Shown here: positions 47,060-60,380 of the stretch, in pieces
Layout of the letters: each line of letters begins with the position of its first letter
Position numbering within the stretch: position 1 is the stretch's first letter
Origin: Antechinus flavipes
Taxonomy: Eukaryota
Assembly: GCF_016432865.1 (NCBI RefSeq)
Contig: NC_067399.1
Span: 388,306,001-388,370,000 of the forward strand
DNA: 64,000 nt
Direction: 5' to 3'
Position numbers and translations under genes: made by a program
The notes under the pieces: model-generated
What the model was told of the DNA's origin: nothing
What the model saw: the letters and a program-made list of their open reading frames with translations, nothing else
The model's database searches: none

Positions 47060-50000
47060 GATATGTATTGGTCAGTCAGTGATATAATTGTTCTTGTCCT
47101 AAGGAATTTTGTTTACTGAGGGAAAACAACTCGTGTACTGTTAAACAAATAAAAGATACTTTAAGAAGGGAAAGGGCATGACAAACTGGAGGAATCAGGA
47201 AAGGTTTATAAAGAGACAAATATCTGAGCTGAGCCTTGAAGGCAAGGATTCTAAGAGATGGGAAGGAAGAAGAACTGTTTTTGAGGGGACAACCCTGCAA
47301 AGACAAAGAATCGGGAGAAAGAATACTGGAACCAGTAACAGCTGGAAGATAACAGCTGGCTGTAAAATAACAAATGGCAGGGACATGAGCAAGCATAAGA
47401 GGGGAATAATAAGACACGTTTGTAGAGGTAAGTGGGAATCAGGTTGTGTAGGATTTTAAATATCAGAACAGAAATTAGAAATGCCTAGGCAAATTGTGAT
47501 GCAGGATATAAAGGAATATTGCTGTGCTTTAAGAAATAATTAATATGAAGAATTCTGAGAAGCAGGAAAAGATTTATGAAAACTAATGCAGAATAAAGCT
47601 GACCTAGGAGAACAAAATAAACAAATGACTATAAGAATATAAATAGAAAGAATGGCACCCTGAAACTAAATGTTGTATATAATTATTAATTATCAAATTT
47701 GGGTCCAGAGAAGAGGCAAAAGTTTCCCTCCACTTCACTGCAGTTATGAGACCACAGGTAGCAAATATTACATATACACATACAGAGATTATGTAGACAG
47801 AGATGATGTGTTGGTTAGTTTTAGTGAGTTGTTTTTTTACCCCTTTCTTCTTTAATTACTGTTACAAGGGATGGCTCGGTGGGGAAAGACAAAATTGAGG
47901 GATAGCTCTGGAAGTTAATAATCTTTATTTTTAAATGTCAGGCTAAGGAATTTGTACTGTATCCACTCAACAAGTTTGAGGAGGATAGTAATAAGGTCAG
48001 ATAATTTTGGCAGCTGTATGGAAAATAGACAGAAGAAGGAAGAGAATCAGGAGAACCAATTAGAAAGATATTACAAGAGTCTAGGCTAAAACTATTAAGG
48101 GCTTCGCCTAAGGACCTGAGCATGTATGTGTATGGAAAGACAGCAATAGATTCAAGAAATTACATGGAGGTAGAATAAAGAGAATTATGCAACTGAATGG
48201 TTGGAAGGGAGAACAAGGAAGGTAAAAACATTTTGGAAGTTGTAAAATTAAGTGATTAGAAGTGGATAGGATTTCCAAAAAGCAGGGGATTTTTGGAAGA
48301 GATAAAGATTTGGGGTGGGTGGGAGAGGAGAAATTATATAATCAATTTTGTTTTTACATGTTGAATTTGAGATATTGTTGAGACATCAGGTGAAGCTATC
48401 CAGCAGAAAGCAGACACTGTAAGAAGGATTGAGGTTCTGCAAAAATGACTTTAGGGCTAGACATAAAGATCTGTAAAAATATAATTGAACTCGTGGGAGT
48501 AAATAAGTTAAACAAGGAATAGAAAATAGAGAAATAAAAAAGAGGGTCAAGAACAGAACCTTGGGGAACACTCATACAGTTGGGGTGGGGAAGAAAGATG
48601 ATGACAATAAAGGGAGACTAAGGACGAGTCAAACAAATGGACAACCAGAAGGAAGCAATGTCACAGAAGGTCATGAAAGAAAGAACATACAAGAGGTGGG
48701 ATAAGTCAGCACTATTAAAACCTGAAAAAAAAATCAAGGCCCCTGGGAAGGGCCATTTTTTCCCTGAACATTGTAGTCAGAAATGAGAATGCAAGGGACT
48801 GAGAAGTAACTGGGAAATGAACAGAAGGAACAATGAAGACACATAAGTTTTTCTAGGACTTTGGCTGTAAAAGGAAAAAGAAAACTAGAATAAGAACTTG
48901 AGGAGCAGCAAGGTCAAGTGAAGCTTTTTGTAAAAGATCAACAAGACTTTGGCTTGTCCGTAGATATATGGAAGGGGCTGGCAGACAAAAGGAAGGTACC
49001 TGAGAGACAGAAATAGGATGATCAATGGTATGAATCCCCAAAGGAAACAGATAGGGGTAAGATAAAGGATTCAAGTAGAGGGTCTGAAAAAGATCAGCTC
49101 TTCATCAAAGATTGGAGAAAAGTTGGAAAGAAAGGGAAATGATAAAAAGGGGTGTGAAGTAGGGGAGAAGAGATTATGACTGATGCTCTGGTGATCTTAG
49201 GAGTTGTGAGAAGGGAAGAGGCTTTTCACTGTGTGACTTTCACCCACGACTCTCCATAGCAAAAAGAAGTAGGGAAGGCACATGGCAGGTGGTATCCCAG
49301 GGCTAGGGTTTGGCGGGACACAAGTAGCCAAAGGCAAGGGATTCAGAATAGAAAACAATATTCATATGAATTGATCAAGTACAGAATCAAGATAATAATA
49401 AAAAGATTATGAAGCTAGAATAGGGGTAATAGACTGGGTGAAGAAGGAACAGTAGAGAAACTGAAGTTCATGGTGAAGAGAAAAAGTTTAATGATACAGA
49501 GGTACAAATAAAAATTAAAAAAAAAAAGGAATCTGTAATCAAATGGGAATTTCAGAGTTCAGGATCATAGAGATATTTATCAAGCACTTGTTATGTGCCA
49601 GGCAGTGTGTTTAGTACTGAGGATACAAATGTAAGCAGAAAGAAAGAAAGCTGAAAGTGGTGAGGAGGTAGTTCCCCACATGGCTGATGCTAGAGATAGT
49701 CCAGAAGACGAAGAGAAACCTGGAGAAGAATGAGAATATAGTTTGATTGTGTGATTAAGGCATGACCATCCCAATATCTGAGACAGGATAAAAAAAAAAA
49801 ATAGTTCATGGGAGCTGAGACTGATAAAGAGGAAAGAAAAGGATGCTGGGGAACCTCAACAAGTATAGGAAGACCTTGAGTAAGAGAAAAGAGGCTTGAT
49901 TAGAGAGGAAGAATGTAAACCTTTGAATTTTCTGAGGAAAATTAGTTCTTGAAGCAATGGATTACAGAAAAAAGAAAATGGAATGAGTGACAAAGATGGA

Positions 50001-50470
50001 GAGGGTAAACCTCAGAGGAGGAGATAATGATAAATGATGGTAGCAGAGGGAAGATCTGGAAGTGGTAGTATAAAGGAACAACTATACTGATTCTTTTTCC
50101 TAGTCCAATGGGTTGGATGACATGAAAGAAGCAGCAGAGAGGGAGGCCGGGGAAGTAGTGTCTTCCAAAGGGAGCTGGGTTTCCAAGAGTACAAGGAAAG
50201 CAAAAGTGTAAAAGGAAGAGGTCTGGGATAAAGGGGATCTTGTTAACAACAGAACAAAAATTCCAGAGGGCACGATAGAAGAAGACAAAAAAAAGGAAGG
50301 TGAAGAAGTAAGCTGGATGGGAATAAAAGAATACAGGAAGAAGTCTTTTACTTTGGCAAATATCAACTTTGAATAATGGAAATTAATAGAATAGCAAGGA
50401 GGCTTTTCCTAGCCATATGACAGGAAAAATTCAGATTTAACTGGGGTCTCCATCCTCCAGGGTCCTATTA
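47060..50470 (-). mobile_element. Mosaic of L2 relics in DNAJC18 intron 5
   Basis: Long purine-rich + strand with reverse L2 3' signatures (tcagtcagt...; atttatcaagcacttgttatgtgccaggc). Boundaries approximate. Confidence 0.55.
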
Positions 50471-50575
50471 CTATGTATTTTCCATCTTCTTAAAACATTT
50501 TATAATGTTGTTGCAGATCATAAATGCTAACTCATTATAATTTTTATAGGTAATAACCCTCCTTTCTCCAGCCAC

Positions 50576-50688
50576 CTGAGGTTTTTCTTCTTCTTCTTCC
50601 TTCTGGGTCTGTACCCTCTCATTTCGGTGTCGCCGACGGTAAAAGTGTGTGTCATCTGTCATCACATTTGAAAACATGTGAATATTTC
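50576..50688 (-). CDS. DNAJC18: DNAJC18 exon 5 (113 nt)
   Basis: gttttaccag|GA AAT ATT CAC...CCT CAG|gtggct. Confidence 0.94.
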
Positions 50689-51618
50689 CTGGTAAAACAA
50701 AACAAAATTAAATTAAAATAGGAAGCAATTCATCTTGCCCTGTCTTGTCCATGACTCCTTAACACTTTTAATGTTTTTGCAATTATCTAATGATTCTTCT
50801 CAATAATCTTCAAGAAAGGCTCAGTAAGTATTCTTTCATTCATTTCACAACAGAAAAAGTAGGATCCTGAGATGAAGAGTAATCCAAGTAATATAACTAT
50901 ACTTACATTACTTCTTAGTTCCCATGCCTATGAATTGGGACTAAATTTAAATATATTTTTAAAAACCTATTAAAAACTAGTCCATGTGTGACCCTAGGCA
51001 AGTCACTTAACCCCAACTGCCTGAGGGGGGAAAAAAACTATTCTGAAGAAAACAGTTTAATTGATATTCCTTCAGATTATGAATGAAGAATCAGTAGTCT
51101 TAGTTCTGTCACTAATGACTGGCTGTGTGCAACCTGTTTTATAACTTTGGCAGCTATATATAAGCAACTCTCCACCTCAACATTTACAAGCTAGTATTAC
51201 AGTGCCAACTCCAATATTCCAGGATAGCTTTTGCAATTTCTAACCCTCTAGAGAGAGTCAACATGGCATAGCAAATAGAAAGATGGCCTCTGATCAAGGA
51301 AGATCTGGTCAAAAGTCCCATTTCTGACACAGTAACACTGACATACTGTATATCACTCAATCTTGCATTACTTTTGGTAAATAAGTCACAGAGAAGGGGC
51401 TGATCTATACTGGGAGAAGGATTTTCTCATCTGGAAGTTCATTTGATTTTTTTTTCCTTGGAAGTTCACTTTAATCAATGAAATCTCTATCTAATCCCTA
51501 TCTCTAACTTGCTCTTAGTATAATTTTACAAGCATAACAGCTGATTCTCCAGTCAGGTTCTCAAACCTGCTGAAAATGACCAAAGTATACTTGTCTATAG
51601 TATATCATGGAAACTAAC

Positions 51619-51804
51619 CTGTAGGAAAATGTCCTCCAAAGAACACATTGAAGACCTCCTCTGGAGTAATGTCAGCTTCAAAATCTGGGTAATATGTATA
51701 GGGTCTGGCTTGGGGGGCAGCAAAAGTTGCTTGTTCATCTCCATATTCATCATAGCGTAATCTTTTATCGGGATTGCTGAGAACAGCAAAGGCATTCCCT
51801 ATTG
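51619..51804 (-). CDS. DNAJC18: DNAJC18 exon 4 (186 nt)
   Basis: ttttgcgatag|CA ATA GGG AAT...ACA G|gttagt; [21 protein letters not shown]...FFGGHFPT. Confidence 0.96.
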
Positions 51805-51929
51805 CTATCGCAAAAGGAGAAAAAAACAAACCAATATCAGAATTTACACCTAGCCATCTTTTCTTCTACTGAATTTAAGTATATAAATAACAACTAGGAG
51901 AATTTGTATAAGGCAATTTGTATAAGGCA

Positions 51930-52870
51930 ACTTCACATGGATTTAAGGCTAAGCCTAAGTGAAAAATTTTAGGTGAGAATAATTTGTGATTGTAAGCGGT
52001 CAAAAAGTGCTGTCCACCTCCAGAGAACGAATTGAAGGATTATGAATATAGATTTAAACATACTATTTTCACTTTTTTTCATAGTTTTTCCCTTTTGTTC
52101 TGTTTCTTCTTATACAACATAATTAATATGGAAATATGTTTTACATGATTGCACATGTACTTACATTAAATTGTTTACCATCTTAGAGAGGAGGGATGAA
52201 GTGAGAATTTGGAATACAAAATTTTATTTAAAAAAAAATGCTAATATTTTCGCTTTTTTTTCTTTCTCATATTTTTTTTACTTTTGTTCTGATTTTTCTT
52301 TCCTAACATGACTCAAATGAATATATATGTATGAGGAGAAAAAAAATTAGAATTCAAAATCTTATAAAAATGAAAGTTGAAAACCATCTTTACATGTAAT
52401 TGGATAAATAATACACTAATAAAATAAAAAAAAATTTAAAGAATGTTACAAATATTCTCAGTAAGCCAATGTTCCAAGACAACTCTGAGGAAATGATGCT
52501 ATCCATGCCCAGAGAAAGAACTGATGGTGTCTGAATACAGATTGAAACATACTTTCATTTAACTTTTCTTGAGAGGTTTTGGGATTTGTCTGTCTTTTTG
52601 GTCTATGTTTTCTTTCACAACATGACTGTTATGAAAAGGTATTGCATGACTATACATGTATAACCTATATGAAATTACTTGCATTCTCAATGGGAAAGGA
52701 GAGGATGAAAAGAGGAGAAAAAAATCTGGAATTCAAAGTTTTAAAAATAAATGTTAAAATTGTTTTTACAGAAAACTGAAGAAAAATAGAATTAAAAAAT
52801 TTAAAAGAATGTTTAAAATTGTTGTTTCATGTAACTGGAAAAAACAAAATACTATTTAATAGAAAAAAAG
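51930..52870 (+). mobile_element. Cluster of L1-type 3' fragments
   Basis: Repeated module ggaaatatgttttacatgattgcacatg...aatttggaa...tttacatgtaattgg. Confidence 0.6.
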
Positions 52871-53018
52871 TTTTTTGAATATAAGTAATGGATCACAGTC
52901 TAAGTTACAGAATAACCAAATAAAACAATTACAAAAAATGGTTTTTATAAACTCTTGTTCAAAAGCAAAGCCCTTACATATTTTCAGCTTTAGAAATCAA
53001 TGATATATTTTCATTGAC

Positions 53019-53309
53019 TTGTTTTTGTTTTTGAAACCAGGTCTCTTTACTTCACCCAGGTTTAGAAGTTCAGAAATACTGAAAGGCCCAAATCCAAATC
53101 CTACTGTCTGCTTTATCTTCCCTGTAGGTCAGTGTTACCCTTCTTAGATACAAAGGTGGCTTACTCCTAAAGTCCCTGACCTTGGGGGCACACCACATAG
53201 GTGCCAGCTTTAGCAGTTTTAGTTCTTAGAACACAATCCCCTGCAGTTCAGAATTCCAGAGCTTGAGATCTTCCAGCTTCAGTCTCCCCTATAGCAAGGA
53301 TTACAGGCC
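53019..53309 (-). mobile_element. 7SL-derived retroposon (near full length, diverged)
   Basis: Reverse strand gcctgtaatccttgcta...gagactgaagctggaagatc...gaattctgaactgcag...cctgggtgaa...gagacctggtttc + A-rich tail aligns to recalled 7SL. Confidence 0.7.
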
Positions 53310-53850
53310 TTTAAGACTAAGCTTGGTCATAACTTTCAAAGGCCAAGAACTAAATAGGAACTTGAGAGACTGACTTTAGAAAGTAAACAAAAAGAGCTGG
53401 GGAAAAAAAAAAGTCTTTTCTGAAAACATTTCTCTGCTTTATCTATATAAGTACAATGGGAAAATATAGATATGACTATTTAAACATTTAATCAATAAAA
53501 TCATCCAAAAATATCTCCACAGGATTAATTAATAGTATAAAATGCTTTAAAAGAAGAACTAATGTCCACATATCACATTTTTTCATTGTATGATAAAATG
53601 TTTATCCATAGCAAGATAATATTTCACTTTAACATTTATTAAGCAAATGCTTGATTTATTTCATGCCTGATTACCTCAAAGAAGGTAAACTAGAAGACTG
53701 CATACATTGCTGCAGTTCTGCCTAAAATAGCATCATCCTGACTAGTTCTGCTAAATGGTTAGAGTAATGGCATAGCTACTTAGACATTTCAGTTACGTGA
53801 ACTTTTCAATAAAATGATAGTTAACTAATGTATTGTGTCCCCCCCCCCCC

Positions 53851-54092
53851 TTTTTTTTTTTTTTTGAAAGACTAGATCTCATTATTTCACCCAGGCAGGC
53901 AATGAAGTGGCTCCTCATAGGCCTGATCCCACTATTGATGAACACAGGAGCTCTGACTCGCTCTATTTCTGACCTGGGTTGTTTGCCTGTCCTTTAGCAG
54001 TCCCAACCCAACATCTTCCCCAGGGACTCACCATACCAATGCCAAACTTAGTTCTGATATACAATCGGCACAGTCCATGGTGGTTCAGAATT
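53851..54092 (-). mobile_element. 5'-truncated 7SL retrocopy with S domain and A15 tail
   Basis: Reverse strand actaagtttggcattggtatggtga...cccaggtcagaaatagagc...atagtgggatc...gccac...gcctggg matches the 7SL S domain and 3' Alu domain. Confidence 0.85.
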
Positions 54093-54301
54093 TTTCCAAT
54101 TTTCTTCTATTTTTATTATTTACTAAGATCCTTTCTGTATTATATTCTGCATAAAATATTCATCACAGAGAAATCAACATTTATTCAAAGGTATCATAGG
54201 GCAAGGTATTTTTAAAAATCCACTCCATATAAAATTATTTACTATAGTTCCCTGATGAAATAAAAGTTATACTTCTGACTGAAGTTCTCCTCTTGCTATA
54301 C

Positions 54302-54447
54302 CTTTAAAAGCTTCTGTGGCCCCAGGTGCACAGTTCTTATCAGGGTGAAATTTCAGGGCCAGTTTTCGGTAAGCTTTCTTTAGATCCTCATCACTGGCAT
54401 CTCTGTCAACTCCCAGAATTTCATAATAACTTCTGCATTTCTTTATC
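54302..54447 (-). CDS. DNAJC18: DNAJC18 exon 3 (146 nt), J-domain with HPD
   Basis: attttttag|G ATA AAG AAA...TTT AAA G|gtatag; YYEILGV...[16 protein letters not shown]. Confidence 0.97.
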
Positions 54448-55199
54448 CTAAAAAATAATGTCAAAAGTAGTTATACTTTTCTGCTTTCATATGGTTTATT
54501 TTGTCTGTTTTTGTACCACTGATGGGATATCATCTCCATTTTACAGAGGTGGAATCAAGACTCATAAAATACTAGAAATAGAAGGAAACTTCAAAGATCT
54601 TCACCTAGACTACAGAAACTACCATCCTACTCTACTCATCCCAACACCATCTTATCCACAGAGCTCAAGCAATCTGATTCCTTAGAAAAATAAGGGAACT
54701 CTTCACCTGATGGGAATGAGATTGTGAACACGCATTCTCTCCATCAATGTTCTAAATGGAATCTCGTAGCCATGTAACTTTACATGCTTCTAACATGCTT
54801 CTATCCTGTAGGATAAGAGGTTATATATTTTGAATTGAAAGAATGCTAGGTGATCATCTAGTCCAACTCTCTCATTTTAAAGATGAGGATACTTAGTACC
54901 AGAGAAATTAACCCAAAGTGGTAGAAACAGGACTCAAATGCAGGTCCTCTCACTCCAAATCCATATCCATACTATAAACCCTGTCTTGCTGCTTTATCTC
55001 CTCAATTTTCATCTTTCCTATTAGCTCTATGCTTCTATTTAGGATTCTCCTGCCTAACCCTAACTTAAAGAGTTCTTTAAATTCTTTTTCCTCTTGGACC
55101 TCTTCTTACAGCTACTCCACTTACTTGTATCAACTGAAAATTTCTATTCCCCTGAAGGTTCCACATTATCCTCTCTTATGCTGGCTGCCTCTCTTCCCA

Positions 55200-55680
55200 T
55201 TTCCTACTCTCACAAGGTCTGGAAGTAAAGACTTACTCCTTTCTCTCCCACTATCACTCAACATTTCCTCTAAGGGAGGCCAGCTGATTAGGCTACCTAC
55301 CAGCAGCCACCCACCAACCTCCGGAGTTATTTTGCCATCTTTTCCTGTCACTTTGGCACCTGGCTTACAGTCTTCCTTTCCATTCTTTCCCTTGGCACGA
55401 TTCTCAGAAACTTGAATATCCCCAATAATGACTCTTCAAACTCTCTGACCTCATAGTTTGTTGAACTCTTCAGTTCCTATGGCTTCCATCATTTTATCTG
55501 TCACCTATAGGTGTGCCTACCCCAAACACCTTAACTGAACATTTATGATCATATCCTGGGTCTTATCACTCAAAATTATTCTGGTTCCAAAATTATAAAT
55601 TTTTAGGAAACCCCCTATTATGATCATCTGTCCTTCATTCTCTTCTATTCATTTATTCTCCCCATATCTTGTGTCCTTAT
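55200..55680 (+). mobile_element. L2 ORF2 AP-endonuclease relic
   Basis: Degenerate equivalents of YRPPG, ILGDFNIH, GHTLDLIIT and PLSDH in order; pyrimidine-rich sense strand. Confidence 0.55.
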
Positions 55681-55779
55681 CAACACTACAAGAACCTTGG
55701 TTTTTTTTTTCCCTTCATTTCTTTTTATCATTATTTTCTTTAGATTTTTTTAATCTTTTGCTTCTTTAAATGAAACTTA

Positions 55780-56720
55780 CTGTTTTGCTTAGCAATATAA
55801 AGTATATCCTTGGTAGATTTGACTAATATTGCACTAATTCATTGAGGTATCATTTTTTCTATCATACTGGCTCAGCATAGCCATGAACTGGTTATTTCAG
55901 TAATTATTTTTTAAGGAGCATCTTGTAATAGTATCTATGCTACATTTGAGTGTGTGTCTTAGTAACTAATACCCAAAATTTATACATTTTGAAATTATTT
56001 TAAGTATAGTTCCTCTTTTATATTTCTTCCTCAATTTTGATACTGCGATGTAAAAATGTTATTGATATTTGTGGGTTTATTTGTATAGTAGTACTCTATT
56101 GCTGTTGTTTCAATTAACTTTTTTTGTAAATTCACTAGGATTCTCTAAGTAAATCATCAATAAATAGGGAAAATAATTTCCTGTTTGTTACCGTTTATGC
56201 TTTTAATTTCTTTCTTCTGTATCAGTACCAAAACTAGTATTTCTGAAACCATTTTAAATAAAAACAGTGGGAGAGGGGGAAAAGGCTCACCTTTTTTTAC
56301 TCTTGGATTAGAAAAGTTAGTGTAAGCTTACTCCACCAAAGCTAGCTTTTCACATATGCTTTTTATCACCAAAATATAGCTCTTCCATGTTGGACTTTAT
56401 AATTTTACTATAAAGGAATGTTATTTTTTGTCAGTTTTTTTCTATATTATTTGATATAATCATATGGTTCTGAATGTTTTTGTTTTTAAAATGTTTCCTA
56501 CCATTAAAGCATCCTTGAGTTCCTTGTATAAATTTAACTTGATCACACCGAATAATTTTGTATATAATGTATATATTGTATACTGTATATATAATGTATA
56601 TAATGTTAAAATTCCAGGATTTTATTGAAAAATTTAAGAATCAATATTTCCTATTGAAATTGACCTATAGTTTTCTTTCTTTGTTTTATTCTTTCCTGCT
56701 TTAGGCATTTATCTATTTTC
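55780..56720 (-). mobile_element. L1 ORF2 relic, antisense
   Basis: T-rich + strand with L1 antisense signatures (catccttgagttcc...aacttgatca; ggattctctaagtaaatcatc). Confidence 0.6.
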
Positions 56721-58751
56721 TCAATAATCAATACTGTTCCAGCCTTATTTTTCTATTAAGTTGCAACTATTGTATGGTCAGTTATTTAAATAATATCTTC
56801 ACTTCTATACTGCAATCCCTTGACAGTTCCATTATTTCTATCTTATTAAATCTCAATCCTAGATAACACTCAAAATCTGCCACTTCTGGCCCTACTGTGA
56901 TATAAGTATGAAGCACAATGGATCTGGAATCCTTGGAAATGAGTTCAAATCCCAACTTTGCTATTTATTATCTGTGTGATCATAGGTAGGTCATTTACTC
57001 CTCTGGGCTTCAGTATCTTTATCTGTAAAAGGTAATAAATGAACCAGATCAGGGGTCCTTTGTGTCTTTTTATGTCATGGTCTTTTTTCTCAGTCTACTG
57101 GTGTCTGTGGATCCATCTCAGAATAAAGCTTTATGCATAAAATACACAGGAGATTAAAAAGGAAACTAATTATGCTCAAATAGTTATAAAATATAAAAAA
57201 AAACAAAACAAAACAATTTCACAGACTTGTGAAGAAGCTCTGGACCAGATAGATGATCTCTAAGGTCTTTTCTAGTTCCAAATCCTTTGGTTATATTAAA
57301 CTGTAAAACAACTAGGTCCACTACAAATATATATTATTTACCCTCTCAACTTACTATCTAAAAGGTATCTTCTTACTTATATTTTGGCTTATCATCTCCT
57401 CCTCCACAATATCTATCACAAAACCTTTCCAGTTTTATTTCATATTAGTGCTTTCCCATATTGCAAATTCTAGACAAAATGGACTACTTTTCATCTTAAT
57501 CATATCCATACCTATGCCTGTGATGAAACCTTCTATATCTAGAATGGATCTTTTTCCTTTGTACCTGCTGAAGACTATCCTTTCCCTCAAAATCCAACCA
57601 GCCAGCTCCACCAGGGAGTTTTCCCTGATGTGTTACACTTCTCTATAAAAATAACCTGCCCCTAAATTTTTTGTAGCACTTTTCCTGGTCCTTTCCTTTT
57701 GATTTTTCTGAATGGTTCTCCTTTATGTCAGTTATTTTTGTATCTCTTCTGATTTTAGATTGTGCATTCCCTGAGGATGCTGTGTCAGATTTCCTGGTGT
57801 CCCCAGCATCTGGCAAGGTGCCTTGTATGTAAAAGAAATTTTAAAAATTTCTAAGTTGAATACATCTAATACAAAGGAGGTAATTTTATAACCAAAAAAC
57901 TAGAGGCCCAGAGTTAAAGATTCCAAAAGATTCATGATGGAAAATCTATATCCAGGGAAAGAACTGATAGATTCTAAATGCAGATAAAAACCTACCATTT
58001 TCACTTTATTTCTATCATGGTTTTTTTCCTTTTGAATTTTCTTTCACAACATGACTAATATGGAAATGTTTTACATGATTGCACATATATAACCTATATC
58101 AAACTGCTTACCATTTTAGGGAGAGGGAAGGAGAGAAAAATTTGGAATTCAAAATTTTGTAAAAATGAATGTATAAAATTATCTTTACATGCAATTTTAA
58201 AAACAAAATACTATTTTTAAAAAAGAGCTAAAGTGATGTGTTTAAGATTAAATAGCTAAAAAGTGGCAGAGCAAGCATTAGAATTCAAGTCTCCTGTCTC
58301 CCAGTTCAATGTTCCATCATATGACCTGTCCAAGAGATCAGAACCTTGATTTTTTAAATTTGTTGTGTTTGTCCCATTCTTCTGTGATATTTCTTCAGTA
58401 CAGAATATATATGAAGCAACTCAGGAGAGGAAGGCAGTGGATATAGAATGAGCATGGCTCTGGAATTAAAGAGGACCAGGGTTCAAATCCTTACTTTGAT
58501 ATTCACTATGTGTGAGACTTTGAGCAAGTCAGCTAACCTTCCCTGTATCTCAGTTTCCTCATCTATAAAATGAAGGGGTTAGATAGATAGCCTTTAAGGT
58601 TCCTTCCAGTTCTGTAACTATGGTTCTATCACTCCAATCTACTGTACATGCTCAAGGTTCACTCCATGATAGTTCATTCACATGTCGATTACATGCTTTA
58701 TTAACATAAAGAAGAAAGTGTGAATTCCCTAGGATTATATAATAGGATTAC

Positions 58752-58938
58752 CTCTGCACCCCAAGTAACTGCTCTTCTGTATAAGTCATGCTAGCCTCTC
58801 CAGGCTGAGCCTGACTTCTCTCATTCTCAAACTTCTTTTCCTTCTTAGAATTCATACAGTTATGGCATCCACAGAAGTCAGTACTGTCAGTAGTTTCGTC
58901 AGTTGGATATTTATTTCTTCTAAATGCATCAATGTATG
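58752..58938 (-). CDS. DNAJC18: DNAJC18 exon 2 (187 nt)
   Basis: gctttgcag|CA TAC ATT GAT...CAG AG|gtaatc; [11 protein letters not shown]...CGCHNCM...[11 protein letters not shown]. Confidence 0.94.
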
Positions 58939-59559
58939 CTGCAAAGCAACAGCACCTCCGTTAGGCCAAATATTGCCCCTGAAAATCAGCCTCTCCTATC
59001 TGACTCAGGAGTTCTTTCTGGGAGTTGGCAGGAATCATAGTCGCTTCAATCATGAGCAGGTGAGTATGGGGGCCATGCTATGGACTTTATATTGTCTTTT
59101 CAATGTCCAGACCAAAGCTGAATAAACACCTTCCCTAGGAAAATACAGAAAACACGGGACGAAATTAATAAGGGCTTACACATGCTAGAAACACAGGGCA
59201 TTGAGTATATCAATTATCTTCATATATCAATAACTATTACAATAATCAGCAAACAGTCTAGATGCAGAACCAAAAGAAATCTCAGGATCCGGTCCGTCCA
59301 GGCCCCCGACTTTAGGAAAAGTGAATGTTTAAATTTCCAGAGGCAGATGACTGATTGCTTCCTTTTGTTGCAGTTCAATTATCCGTGTTCAAATCCAACA
59401 TTGCTAAGTAGGTAATCTACGAAAATCTACATCTTCACTATCTCTGTCCCCCCCTTTTCCTAAGGTTAATGTTGAAGCAAGATGAGCCCAGGCCCTGATA
59501 TGCCACAGGTCAGTCCTGCCCTTGTACTGGGGGAGCTAAACTGAACTCTCGGAAAACAC

Positions 59560-60380
59560 CGACTGGACCAGCACCACCAGCTAAGTGCGCTCAGGGCATG
59601 TTAATGTCAGGGGGCAAGTTTCGTACGCATGCGCGCGGAGGTTACGAAGGTGAGGGGCGGGGGCAGTGGGGGAGCCCTCTCCAAAGGGAGGGGGAGGGGC
59701 AGAGGAGTCCCCTCCCCTGTCCTACCTCCAGGTAGGGCCGGGCGTAGGAAGCTGGCCCTAGGAAAGAGCCAGTGAGAAAAGGACTTTTCCTGCCCCCCGT
59801 CAGACCTGGGCCTGCTCTGGGGCGACTCGTCAACGCTGGCACTCCCCGAGAAAACCCAAGCCCCGTGTCTCCGCTCTGTTCCCCGATCTCTGCTCTCCCC
59901 ATCACTCCCAGACATGAGAAGCTCCTTTGCAGGCCCTAATTCCCTGCCCCGGTACCTTCAGTCCAGTGCTCCCTGCTCCCCAGAGTCGCCTTCATGTCGG
60001 CTCCTCTCAGCAGCACCGCTAGGCCGCAGTGGCGCGCGGAGGAGGATGATTGTGGGGGGAGGGGAAGAAGGACCGCGGGGGGAGGAGGATGGTAAAGGGG
60101 TAGACGGAAGTGGGGAGGTAAAGGAAAGGAAATGGCATCACGCGGGGATCGCCGGGAATGGTAGTCTTGACTACCCCTGACGCACTCAGTTGACGTGAAT
60201 GCGCTGGACTACGATTTCCGATATACCCTGCGCACGGCGTTGTCCCAATACGTAATTTTAAAGATTAAAGAACAAGGGAGGCGGATGATGAAATGAAGAC
60301 AAGGTGGCTGAAATATGTAGCTAGGAAGGAATGCACAGAGAAGACGAAAGGAAATTAAAAAAAAAAAACCTTCGTGACGC
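59560..60380. promoter_or_regulatory. DNAJC18 CpG-island promoter
   Basis: CpG-rich; ZNF143/ACTACA-type motifs at 60151-60166 (minus ACTACCATTCCCGGC) and 60206-60220; TGACGT 60191; NRF1-like ACGCATGCGC ~59625. Confidence 0.8.
59956..59995 (-). CDS. DNAJC18: DNAJC18 exon 1 coding part (40 nt)
   Basis: GAC ATG AAG GCG ACT CTG GGG AGC...ACT GAA G|gtaccg; MKATLGSREHWTE. Confidence 0.9.

Larger units (their letters stand above)
36493..59995 (-). other. DNAJC18: DNAJC18 gene span: join(59995..59956,58938..58752,54447..54302,51804..51619,50688..50576,44272..44163,40780..40608,36617..36493) = 1080 nt, 359 aa
   Basis: Eight GT-AG exons splice in phase: J-domain with HPD, TM helix, DUF1977-type C-terminus; matches recalled DNAJC18. 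Confidence 0.97.

Noticed and set aside
51901-51930. 14-bp tandem duplication aatttgtataaggc x2
   Set aside because: Real but trivial slippage at an L1 boundary.
55029-55415. 128-aa plus-strand ORF
   Set aside because: Overlaps an L2 relic; low-complexity Leu/Ser/Pro translation.
59607-59915. 102-aa ATG ORF near the DNAJC18 5' end as the gene start
   Set aside because: The true exon 1 (MKATLGSREHWTE) is at 59995-59956; this ORF is intronic CpG-island sequence.
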